NCBI GenBank assembly: GCA_951406725.2
Contig: OX597827.1
Location: forward strand, 59,582,001 to 59,646,000
Origin: Octopus vulgaris
Taxonomy: Eukaryota
Length of the DNA: 64,000 nucleotides
Direction of reading: 5' to 3'
In this document: one piece after another, positions 1 through 11,574 of the stretch
Layout of the letters: every line of letters begins with the position of its first letter
Position numbering within the stretch: the stretch's first letter is position 1
Made by a program: the position numbers and the translations under genes
The notes under the pieces: generated by a model
Database searches by the model: none
Told to the model about the DNA's origin: nothing
What the model saw: the letters and a program-made list of their open reading frames with translations, nothing else

Positions 1-240
1 GTCGGCCTATATTTTTTGACTGAAGCTGCTTAGTCTGTGAAAACTTGCACAGAAGACCGTTGGACGGATTACATATAGATGTAATGACTTCTGATATATG
101 TGAAGCCGGTTCTGCCTGAGAATTATGTTAAAGGGGATACTCAGACACTTTTTCAAGAGCAGGTAATTATGATGATAAACAAATGAATTCTCAATGGTGA
201 ACCTGACTATTTTGTAAATCGATTATAATGTATATATTAG

Positions 241-276
<36 letters not shown>

Positions 277-403
277 CCTACATACACATACATATATATT
301 TATAGGCACATACATTTATACATACTCTCATACACGCATATATATATATATATATATATAATATATATATATATATTTATATATGTATGTATGTATGTAT
401 GTA

Positions 404-447
<44 letters not shown>

Positions 448-542
448 CGTGTGTGTGTGTGAGCATATCGTGTTATAAAAATTTCCACTGTGTACATAGG
501 GCACGCCCTACCAGGGAGACAGAAAAGCAGACAGATAAACAT

Positions 543-592
<50 letters not shown>

Positions 593-639
593 GCATGTCC
601 TTGTATATATGTATATATACTTATGTATATAAACATACA

Positions 640-693
<54 letters not shown>

Positions 694-1048
694 TTTGCCA
701 GTGCGCATAATTGTAAGTAAATGAACATAACATATACTCGCTGTGGGCTTTTGGAGGAGCCCAAATTATTTTCAAGGGATAGGAGTGGCAGGACTAGAGT
801 ACGAGGGAATGTCAGGTAAAGATTTTCTAATTAAAATATCAAGCTACCAACAGTTCCAATCGTTTGACTCCCATGACATTTCAAACTGGCGTTCTATACT
901 TTTGACAAACGAACCTTAATTTGGGTTTTATTCGTAATTTATCTGTTACTACCGTCTGTGATTGGTTCACGGTAATTCCTCACGTGATCTGCTTCCACGT
1001 AGGTTGATTTATGTACGTGTTTGTGTGTCTGACTGTCTGAATGTGTGT

Positions 1049-1451
1049 AGGAGTGGCTGTGTGGTAAGTAGCTTGCTAACCAATCACATGGTTCCGGGTT
1101 CAGTCCTACTGCGTGGCATCTGGGGCAAGTGTCTTCTGCCATAGCCCCGGGCCAACCAATGCCTTGTGAGTGGATTTGGTAGACGGAAACTGAAAGAAGC
1201 CTGTCGTATATATGTATATATATGTATGTATGTGTATGTGTTTGTGTGTCTGTGTTTTGTACCCCTAGCATTGCTTGACAACCGATGCTGGTGTGTTTAC
1301 GTCCCCGTCACTTAGCGGTTCGGCAAAACAGACCGATAGAATAAGTACTGGGCTTACAAAGAATAAGTCCCGGGGTCGATTTGCTCGACTAAAGGCGGTG
1401 CTGCAGCATGGCCACAGTCAAATGACTGAAACATGTAAAAGAGTAAAAGAG
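1049..1451 (+). mobile_element. SINE family A (tRNA-like head, internal microsatellite, GTAAAAGA-repeat tail)
   Basis: A-box-like TGGCTGTGTGG, B-box-like GGTTCAGTCC, then GGGCAAGTGTCTT, an internal (TA)/(TG) tract and the tail TGACTGAAACATGTAAAAGAGTAAAAGAG. More than 10 similar copies in the window. Confidence 0.9.
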
Positions 1452-1482
<31 letters not shown>

Positions 1483-1485
1483 CTT

Positions 1486-1740
1486 AATATAAAATAGTGC
1501 ACCTTTAAAATTTTACCTTAGGTAAAAATTTTTATTTTTCATTTCCTTTGAAAATTGCTATTAAATGTGGTTTGGTCGTTTTGGCTGCTTCTAGCGTGTA
1601 AAAAAATTACCTGTTAAAGGGTAGTTTTCTCTTGTGTTTAAAGGTACACTATTTTATATTGAGAATATGTTGTCTATTGACTATTTATACTTGCTAGGCC
1701 ACTGGTGGTGATATTTCTAAGGAATATTCGTTACCCTATA
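1486..1740 (+). mobile_element. Family E fragment (Penelope pLTR-like) with inverted 5' segment
   Basis: 1510-1740 aligns with 8525-8757, the region just 3' of the HHR. 1486-1509 is the near reverse complement of 1637-1660. Confidence 0.7.
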
Positions 1741-1763
1741 TATGTATATATATATATATATAT

Positions 1764-2139
1764 GGATATTTTCTTTTTGAAGGCCAGATTTTCCTAGTTA
1801 ACTAAAAAATTTGAAACTTCGTATACTGGTAGAATGTGTCAAAAGAAAACATTATTGTAAACAAAATTGAAAACAAAATTGTAATTTGTAACTTAAACGT
1901 AGTTTAATTTTAAGAATTTTAACCAATGAAATCCCAACATCTTCGAATATTAACCAATGAAATCCCAACATTGCTGCGTTATCGATATTGATAAAGAAAT
2001 ATAGCAGACGCACGACACACACACACATTTGCACAAGCACATAGTAATTAATATATAAGCGTACACACACATACAAACGGACATATACATACACACACAT
2101 ACGCACACAAGCAAAATCTGGCCTTCAAAAAGAAAAGAT

Positions 2140-2141
<2 letters not shown>
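1764..2141. mobile_element. MITE with 29-bp TIRs (GG...CC ends) inserted in (TA)n
   Basis: Left TIR GGATATTTTCTTTTTGAAGGCCAGATTTT (1764-1792) matches the reverse complement of 2113-2141 at 28/29. Internal direct repeat TAACCAATGAAATCCCAACAT occurs twice. Confidence 0.9.
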
Positions 2142-2197
<56 letters not shown>

Positions 2198-2348
2198 TTA
2201 TTAGATATGGTTTGCAAGATTCTTTATGGGAGTTCGTGTTTTGAAGCATATTTTGTTGTGTGTGTGGGGAAGTCATTCTCTTTTAGTGCCTTATTATTTA
2301 ACACACTCACCGGTGGAAACTTTACGGGTGACTCTCCCCAGACAACAA

Positions 2349-2446
<98 letters not shown>

Positions 2447-2814
2447 TGTATGTATGTATGTATATATATATGTATGTATGTATGAATGTATGAATGTATG
2501 TATTTATGTATGTATGTATGTATATATGCATGTATGTATGTATGTGTGTTCACACAAATAATATAAATTCATTTTTTCATTACCAGTTTCAGCTCTAGAG
2601 CTGCTTCCATGCCTGGGCACCACTGTTAAAACATGGACCTCCTCGGCGGGAAATATATATATTGTCTGTGTTTTTATATATATGTTTGAATTTATACACA
2701 CCTATACACATAAATACACAAGTAATTACACACATAAGTACCCATAGCGACTTCATCGTTTCGTGTATGCCGTGCATTTGTCTTGTGCATAGCATACTCT
2801 TTTTTACTTCTTTT

Positions 2815-3208
2815 TTTACTCTCTTTTACTTGTTTCAGTCATTTGACTGTGGCCATGCTGGAGCACCGCCTTTAGTCGAACACATCGACCTCAGGACTTA
2901 TTCTTTGGAAGCCTAGTACTTATTCTATCGATCTGTTTTGCCGAACCGCTAAGTTACGGGGACGTAAACACAGCAGCATCTGTTGTCAAGCGATGTTGGG
3001 GGCAAAGAAAGACACGAACATATACACACACATACATATATATATAAACATATATACGACGGGCTTCTTTCAGTTTCCGTCTACCAAATCCACTCACAAG
3101 ACTTTGGTCGGCCCGAGGCTATAGTAGAAGGCACCTACCCAATGTGCCACGTAGTGGGTCTGAACCCGGAACCATGTGGTTCGTAAGCAAGCTACTTACC
3201 ACACAGCC
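2815..3208 (-). mobile_element. SINE family A
   Basis: Reverse-complement match to 1049-1451 along its length. Confidence 0.9.
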
Positions 3209-3544
3209 AAGAAAAAACAAATTTGGTCTCTTAAGTAAATTGATAGGGCTTTAGCTAGATGATCTACTCCCTTAAAAGTTAACCGGCCCTCCTTTGAAAT
3301 AATTAACTATAACAAATGAAATCACCGTCGAAACATTTAATCACACGCACACACGGTACAGCTTTTATTATAGGGTTGTAAATCAATGGTCTAAATTAGA
3401 GTAATAAAACCATGAAATGAATATAAAGAGAGGACTATGTTTACTAATGCATGACGAGTAGTAGGAAGATTGAGTAGTTTGTCCGTTCAGTGGACTGAAC
3501 TCGTTTTGACTGAAGTCACCTACGGAGTTTGAGGGTTCGAGGTG

Positions 3545-4035
3545 GATTCGTCTGCAACGATTCGTCTACAATATTTCGTCTACAATTCGTCTACAAAACT
3601 TTGTGTGTGGTTGTATGCGTGTGTGTGCGTGTATTTGGTAGCATGTATGTGTGTAGTTGTATGTATGTATGTGTGTGTGTGGTTGTATGCATGTGTGCGT
3701 GTGTTTGCATGTGTGTGTGTGTGCGTGGGGCTGTATGTGTGTGTTTTGTAGCATGTATGTGTGTAGTTGTATGTATGTGCGTTTGTTTGTATGTGTATGT
3801 GAGTGTATTTGGTAGCATGTATGTGTGTGTCTGTGTGTGGTTGTATGTATGTGCGCGTGTGTTTGTATATATATGTGTATGCATGGGGTTGTGTGTGTGT
3901 GTGTGTGTGTGTGGTTGTATTTGTGTTTGTGTGGTTGTATGCATGTGCATGTGTGTCGTTGTATGAGTGTGTATGTGGTTGAATGTGTGTGTGTAGTTGT
4001 ATGTGTGTATGTGGTTGCATGCGCGTGCGTGTGCT

Positions 4036-4072
<37 letters not shown>

Positions 4073-4127
4073 TCGCAGATGAATTGTATCCGTAGATAAT
4101 TTGTTGTAGACAATTTCGCTGGATACC
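3545..4127. mobile_element. Decayed MITE-like element with TTCGTCTACAA subterminal repeats around a degenerate (GT)n core
   Basis: Four TTCGTCT(A/G)CAA units at 3547-3593. Inverted, degenerate TGTAGA/CGCAGA units at 4073-4112. Confidence 0.5.
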
Positions 4128-4265
4128 GGAGGAGTTAAGAGAGCATTCTCGCATCATGGTCGTTCAGCTTGCTTGATCGCTTAAATGTATGTCATGGATT
4201 CTCGGCCAAATCATTCATCCTCGTTATAACACAAAAACAGAAAACTCAGTAAGCGGAGCGTTTAA

Positions 4266-4319
<54 letters not shown>

Positions 4320-4488
4320 ACCCGCCCCATATTTATACAATAAGCAGAACAAGAGGAGACACGAGGGATAAGGAGTCGCTGATGAGGTCGCAGAATGTGT
4401 GACAAAAGAGATTAGACAAAGATACTAAAATAATAATAATAATAACAATAACAATAACAATAACAATAACAACAACAATAACAACAAC

Positions 4489-4554
<66 letters not shown>

Positions 4555-4775
4555 CGAAGCAAAAACAGGTATATAGAGCGTGTGTTTAATTGATAAAATA
4601 TGACCATCCCCAAGTATAACAATATATATATATATATATATGAGAAATTCACTATATGACAAGGGAATAAGAAATTCGGTTATGAATTCCATTAGCTTAC
4701 AGCCGTTTCTACTATAAGATGTAATGTACTCGAAAGAAATATAACCTGGTTATATTTCTGCTGCTTTTAAATAAA

Positions 4776-4848
<73 letters not shown>

Positions 4849-4852
<4 letters not shown>

Positions 4853-5245
4853 ACTCTTTTACTTGTTTCAGTCATTTGACTGTGGCCATGCTGGAGCACC
4901 GCCTTTAATCGAGCAACTCGACCCCGGGACTTATTCTTTTGTAAGCCCAGTACTTATTTTATCGGTCTCTTTTGCCGAACCGCTAAGTAACGAGGACATA
5001 AACACACCAGCATCGGTTGTCAATCAATGCTAGGGGGACAAATACAGACACACAAACACACACACGCATATATATATATACATATATACGACGGGCTTCT
5101 TTCAGTTTCCGTCTACCAAATCCACTCACAAGGCTTTGGTCGGCCCGAGGCTATAGTAGAAGACACTTGCCCAAGGTGCCACGTAGTGGGACTGAACCCG
5201 GAACCATGTGGTTGGTAAACAAGCTACTTACCACACAGCCACTCC
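4849..5245 (-). mobile_element. SINE family A
   Basis: Near full-length reverse-complement copy. Confidence 0.9.
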
Positions 5246-5288
5246 ATATATCCACACACAAAATGTAACGTTTTTCTGTGTATGTTTC

Positions 5289-5500
5289 AAAACCATCCCT
5301 GTCGTTGTAAGTACCACGGGAATGATCAAGAAATTTTTTGACCAGATCCCTGGAAAACCAACAATCTATGAGACTAAAAAAAATGTGTTGACATCAACCG
5401 TCCACATTCTCAGACAGTTTCTCTCCATCTAATATATACTTGCTTTAGGTCTCTAGATAAGACTCGGTCAGAAGATGAAATAAAATGCAATTTAATCGGA
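5289..5500 (+). mobile_element. 3' end of an R4/Dong-like REL-endonuclease LINE followed by (AAT)n
   Basis: Encodes KTIPVVVSTTGMIKK...VLTSTVHILRQFLSI*, resembling the R4/Dong ORF C-terminus. Short UTR, then (AAT)n. Confidence 0.7.
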
Positions 5501-5501
5501 A

Positions 5502-5552
<51 letters not shown>

Positions 5553-5555
<3 letters not shown>

Positions 5556-6160
5556 CTCTATGGCAAAGACGATTATGAGCTTGAAGGACTATTACGTACT
5601 GTGAAAGCATTCAGTAATGACATTGGGATAGAATTTGGTCTTGATAAAAGTGCCAAGGCCACTTTCAAGAAAGGGAAACTGAAGACCTCACAAACAAGCT
5701 GATGTAGACCGGAAGCACACCCATCAGTGGCTGCGGAGCTCAGGGCTAAAGGCAGAGAGTGAAGGCTTTATCTTGGCTGTCCAAGATCAGCGCTTATTGA
5801 CCCGGAAATATCAGTCAATGTGATAAAAAATGGTGTAGTCCCAAAGTGCCTATACTGCAACGATGGGATAGAAACAGTGAACCACTTAATCTCTCGATGT
5901 AAGGTTTTAGCACCTGTAGAGTACAAGACATGACAGAGTTGGCCAATATCTACATTGGATAATGACTCGGCATTATAAAATCAAAACTGTTGACAAATGG
6001 TACAAGCACCACCCAGGGGCTGTAACTTAGGGAGATCTAACTATTCTTTGGGACTTTCCAATATGAACAGACCGGACCATCAAAGCAAACAAACCAGATA
6101 TTTTAGTGAAAGATCAAAAACAATAAAGTCTGTTTATTAATTGACATGAGCATACCCTGT
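5553..6160 (+). pseudogene. R4/Dong-like non-LTR retrotransposon relic (RT tail, CCHC knuckle, REL endonuclease)
   Basis: Hand translation gives KLYGKD...VKAFSNDIGIEFGLDKSAK (post-DD RT), WLRSSGLKAESEGFILAVQDQ, CLYC..ETVNHLISRC (CCHC), HDRVGQYLHW, ILWDFPI*TDRTIKANKPDIL and LLIDMSIP. Contains frameshifts, stops and an internal deletion. Confidence 0.9.
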
Positions 6161-6284
6161 GTCCAAAGGGTTTATTAATTGACATAAGAATACCTTACGT
6201 CCATAGGGTTTATTAATTGACATGAGCATACCCTGTGTCCATAGGGTTTATTAATTGACATGAGCATACCCTGTGTTCAATAGG
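6132..6284 (+). repeat. 38-bp minisatellite, 4 copies
   Basis: GTTTATTAATTGACATGAGCATACCCTGTGTCCATAGG units start at 6132, 6170, 6208 and 6246. Confidence 0.95.
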
Positions 6285-6289
6285 GTTCA

Positions 6290-6845
6290 ATAAAGAAAGT
6301 CCTAGTTAATTACTGGGGGTCAATGTAATTTACCTTCCCACCCCCTTAAAATTGCTGGCCTTACGTCAAAATTAGAAAGAATTACTATTATTATTATTGT
6401 TAACGAGGCGAAGATGGTGAGCTGGCAGGGACGTTAGCCCGCCGGGCGAAATGCTTAGCGGCATTTCGTCCGTCTTTACGTTTTGAGTTCAAATTCGGTC
6501 GATGTCAACTTTACCCTTCATCCCTTTTGGGGGTCAGTAAAATAAGTACCTGTTGAGCATTGCGGTCGATGTAATCGACTTACTCTCTCCCCCAAAATTG
6601 CTGGCCTTGTGCCAAAATTTGAAACCATTGCTATTGTTAACGAGGCGAGTGGTCGAATCGTTAGCACATCGGACAAAGAATATTTCGTTGTATTGCTTTC
6701 CGAGTTCAAATCTCGTCGATTTCAACTTCGTCTTTCACTCTTTCGAGGTCGATAAAATAAGTACAAGGCAAACACTGGTGTCGATGTAATCGGTTTGCCC
6801 CCACCCCTCAGAAATTGTTGGCCTTGTGCCAAATTTAGAAAGAAC
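6290..6845 (+). mobile_element. SINE family B, head-to-tail array (one partial and two near-full copies)
   Basis: Repeated GAGTTCAAAT...TCATCCCTTT..GGGTC..TAAAATAAGTAC..GTCGATGTAATCG..GGCCTTGTGCCAAA. The junction ATTGTTAACGAGGCGA occurs twice. Confidence 0.85.
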
Positions 6846-7228
6846 TATTATTACCGTTTTAACATAAAAGTCAATAGTCTTCGGTTCGTTTTGTTTACAC
6901 ACGTGTATTTTTTGTACTAATTTATCATTGTTAAATGAATTGCAACTAAATAATGAGTGTATTGAATCTGAATACCAAATACAACACAAATAAATAAATA
7001 CAGTTATATTCTATGTATTTTTTTTTTATTTTTTAGTAAACAAAATAAAAAAAAAGGAAAAACGTTTCCCACACATATTGAAAGAAAACTGAGATTAAAG
7101 CTTGTGACAGAGCTTTAAAAACCAGCGGAAAACGAGGGAGAAAGTCGACATTTTGAATACACGAAAAGAAAAATTCACATCCAAAGAATGAGAACGAAAT
7201 CGCCGTCATCGCTTTTGTTACTTTTAGC

Positions 7229-7261
<33 letters not shown>

Positions 7262-8339
7262 ATGCTTCTTCTTCTTCTTCTTCTTCTTCTTCCTTCTTTC
7301 TTCCTTGTTTTGTGTGTTTAATGAATACGGTTATGCAAATACATACGATAAATATTTATTTATCACACGCACTTATGCGTTAAACAAGTACGGCTATTTG
7401 AATTTCACTGCCCTTTTTATTTTTGTTGTTGTTTGTTGTTGTTTTTGTTGCTTTTTGCTTTTGTAATCAAAGATATCGAACAATGAGTGATCAGCCATGT
7501 TAACTTAAAGACGAGAAAAAAAGAGAGTGGGAAGGAGAATGAGGAAGAGAGGGAAAGGGAGAGGTAAGTGAAAGAGAGAGAGAGAGAGAGAGACAGGAAA
7601 GGCAAAGTATGAGAAACAGAGTATATGAGAAGCAGATGGAAAGAAATAGATAGAAAGAAAAAGAGAAACAGAGAGAATATGGAAAGAGAGAGAAAGAGAG
7701 AGAGAGTGTGTGTGTAAGAGAAAGAGAGAGACAAAGAGAGCGAGAGAGAGAGAGACAGAAAGTGAGCGAGAGAGAGTGAGAGAGAAAGAGAGAGAGAGCC
7801 TGGACATAGAGAGAGAAAGAGAACATGAAAGAAATGAAAGAGAAATAAGGGAAATGAGAGAGAATGACAGAAAAAGAGACACAAATAGCATAAAGAGAAA
7901 AGAAGAGAAAATAAAAGAGGAAAAAATAAAAGACAGAAAATATGAACGAAGAGAGAGAGAGAGAAATAGTAAAAGTAAAAGAAAGAGAGATGGGGGCGAG
8001 TTGTGTTGTACTCATTTTTCTCATGTGAAATAATAACATCGAATAGACATCGAATAGATTTGAAATCGCCATTGACTAATCTACATATGTTTCTGGTTTG
8101 TTGTTTTCTCCCCTTTAGTTAGTCGACTGTGATTATACTGGGGCTCCGTCATTAAAGAGCATAGTTAATCATACTGACTCCAGTACATGACACATACTTG
8201 TTTTATTATTAGGTTTGTAAAGATGAGGGGTTATACAGTTAACCTAAGTGGGACTCGAATTCAGAACCTAAAGGTTTGTTACTAAATATAAGCATTACGT
8301 CCACCCTTCTTTCGATTTTGCCAGAGTACTATGAATATC

Positions 8340-8757
8340 ATTTCTTTTAAAAATTGAATTGCGCTTGCGCGGTGAATTTTGAAAAATTATAACATATAAT
8401 GATGAGACACGTATTATTTGTCTCTAAATTATATGTTAATTGTTAAGGCACGGTTACTGATGAAGATTCGCCTAGCAAATTATATATTTTTCCTAAAATA
8501 ATCTGAAACCTAGGTATGACCGTAAAAAAATTACATGGTAAAAGTTTATATTTTTCATTCCCTTCGAAAATTGCTCTTAAAATGTGGTTTTGGTCGTTTT
8601 GACTGCTTCTTCTAGCGTGTAAAAATTACCTATTAAAGGTAGTTTTCTTTTGTGTTTAACTGTACACTATTTTATATTGAGAAATTATTGTCTATTGACA
8701 TTTTATACATGCTAGGCCACTGATGGTGAAATTTCTAAAAATATTCACCACCCTATA
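8340..8757 (+). mobile_element. Family E, HHR-bearing repeat (Penelope pLTR or retrozyme-like)
   Basis: Contains the HHR at 8450-8523. The 3' part is repeated at 1510-1740. The 5' boundary is uncertain. Confidence 0.7.
8450..8523 (+). ncRNA. Type I hammerhead ribozyme, canonical core, minimal palindromic stem III
   Basis: Stem I ACGGTTA/TGACCGT; CTGATGA 8457-8463; stem II AGATT/AATCT; GAAA 8505-8508; CCTAGG palindrome; GTA triplet, predicted cut after 8516. Confidence 0.88.
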
Positions 8758-8764
8758 TAATTTT

Positions 8765-8799
<35 letters not shown>

Positions 8800-8800
<1 letters not shown>

Positions 8801-9014
8801 CGGGTTGGTGCATAATTATTGCGGCTTTTTTCAACAAAAACAATAACTTTATTTAACAAAAACATCTTTAAATGACGGTCTGGCCGTCTGCCAAGCAAAT
8901 GGGAAGCAGTAATTGAAGTAGATGGTGAATATGCTCCAGAATAATCATTTAAAGATGTTTTTGTTACATGTTGTTATTCCATTTGTTGAATAAATTTTGT
9001 TGAAAAAAATTATG
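8800..9014 (+). mobile_element. Mariner internal-deletion derivative
   Basis: Left TIR TCGGGTTGGTGCATAATTATTGCGGCTTTTTTCAAC follows TA. 8885-8944 encodes RLPSKWEAVIEVDGEYAPE*, a mariner-type transposase C-terminus. Partial right TIR TTGTTGAAAAAAATTATG. Confidence 0.85.
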
Positions 9015-9078
9015 TGTATGTGTGTGTGTGTGTGAGTGTGTGTGTGTGTGTGCGTGTGTGTGTATATGTGTGTGTGTG

Positions 9079-9292
9079 GCCTTTGTGTCTGTGTTTGTCC
9101 TCCCACCACTGCTTGACAGCCGGTGTTGGTGTGTTTATTTCCCCGGAATTTAGCGGTTCGGCCAAAAGAGAGCGATAGAATAAGTACTAGGCTGCAAGGA
9201 AAATATGTACTGAGGACGATACATTTGACTGAAAATTCTTCAAGATGGTGCCCCAGCGTGGTCGCAGTCTAATGACTGAAACAAGTAAAAGA
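9079..9292 (+). mobile_element. SINE family A, 3' half
   Basis: TGTGTCTGTGTTTGTCC...TTAGCGGTTCGGC...ATGACTGAAACAAGTAAAAG. Confidence 0.8.
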
Positions 9293-9537
9293 ATTTACGA
9301 TAAAAGATACACACACGTACATTTCCGCTCACTTTTAAACACATTTCTTGTAAATGACGCAGGGCCCCAGTCTGTCTGTCTGACGGTCCCTCCTCTCCCA
9401 GTCATATGCATACATATATACGTACGTACCTACATATATATGCATACAAATATATAATATATACACATACACACACACACATATTCCGGTGCAAATAGTT
9501 TTTATAGATATATATATATATGAGTGTATATGTGTAT

Positions 9538-9587
<50 letters not shown>

Positions 9588-9960
9588 GTATATATACATT
9601 TTTATATATATATATACATACATACACCAGTGAGGAAAGTATATAAAGTAGGTAAGTATGTAAAGATGGCGGCAGCGTGCATCGCAGAGTAAATGAAATA
9701 GCCATTAGTAGGTGTCAACCGTCGTAATTACAGCATTAGATGTCATCCTTCACAGACTCGTACATATACAAACACCCATACACAAACACACGCACGCACA
9801 TGTATACATACATACATACATACATGCACGCAACCACGCACACAATGTTTATATATGTACACACACACAGAGGCATATATATATATATATACAGATTTAA
9901 GAATGTGTATAAACGTATATTCATGCATGTATATAAATATAAACTTACGTGCCCATATCC

Positions 9961-10022
<62 letters not shown>

Positions 10023-10722
10023 TCATCTATCTGTCTGTCTATCTACATACGAATATGAATTTATATGTATACATACATATTTACATACATACACACACTT
10101 TATATATATATATATAAATATGTATAAATATAAATAAGCATATATAAGCATATGTTTGTATATGCATATATCTATACACGTTCACAGTAATTGCCCCATC
10201 CCCCCCTCTCTCTGTCAGTATTATATGTATGTGTGTGTGTATGAATTTATATATATGATTTATATGTATACTTGTATAAATCAGATGAAACGAGTGATAA
10301 ACGGGGAGATAAATAAGATAACTACATAGATATAGAGAAAGATATTCAATCTATGAGGTGAGGGGAAGAGCGGAATGAGCAATTAAGCTTAATCGACAAC
10401 ATTGGGAAGAAACCAGAGACGACGGTGGTGGTGTTAGTGGTGGTGGTGATGAGACAGAGTGGTATTGGAGTGGGGGAAAAATATGGAGGGAGGTAAAGAC
10501 GGGGGGGGGGGGTAATAAATGCGATGAGAAAGAGATTAGGAATGAATGGTGAGCCGAGGACACTCCCTTTCGTTCTTAGTGACTGCGCTGTGCCCAAGAT
10601 ACACATACGTTAAACGCCATGCTTGCAATCTCATTGATATACATATCGAAAAAATATTCAGCTATAAAGAATACGGCGCGCGCACGCGTGCACACACAAA
10701 TGTACATACATATATGTATATA

Positions 10723-10765
<43 letters not shown>

Positions 10766-10851
10766 ATATATATATATATATGTGTGTGTATGTAGATATA
10801 TGTATATATATATATCTACCTATCTATATCTATCTTTCTGTCTCTCCCTCC

Positions 10852-10940
<89 letters not shown>

Positions 10941-11029
10941 TATTCATATATATTCATACGTATATACATATGCATATATACGTACATACATACATATATA
11001 CAAATAGAAACACAAACACACATATATAT

Positions 11030-11071
<42 letters not shown>

Positions 11072-11574
11072 GTATACAAATGTATATATGTAAGTAGTAT
11101 ACATATATGTGTGTGCTTATGCATGTACGAATTCGCGTATATATTTATGCATTCATATATGTTTACCATACTTTTTATAATAAATATTGATAATTATTGA
11201 CAATGTACTTCAAAGTTTTTTCTATGTTGTCACCCCCAAACAAATGTGCGTGTATGCATATAGAAGCATACACACACACACACACAAACACACGCACACA
11301 CACACACACACACACATTTAGATATATGCATTCAGTAATCAGACAAATGTCCCATGATGGAGAAAGAAACTCGATTTAAGAGACAGTCACTTTCCATCTT
11401 CTTACAAGTATAGAAGAGTCAGCTCATGTTACTGGCAGCTTCAAATACCTCAATGCCGTTTCATCAGACTTCCTTATCTGGTACAATGCAAGTATCAGAC
11501 AAAGTTTGGTCCCGTACACGTGGCCGACATCTTTTCTGGTACTTATCTATGTTAAATATGTGATGTTATGTTAG

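Noticed and set aside
4372-4417. CTGATGA-GGTCGCA..TGTGAC-AAAA hammerhead-like motif
   Set aside because: Stem II forms, but GAAA, stem III and the cleavage triplet are not convincing.
6132-6284. Regular 38-bp repeats as a CRISPR array
   Set aside because: The units are contiguous with no spacers, there are no cas genes, and the context is eukaryotic.
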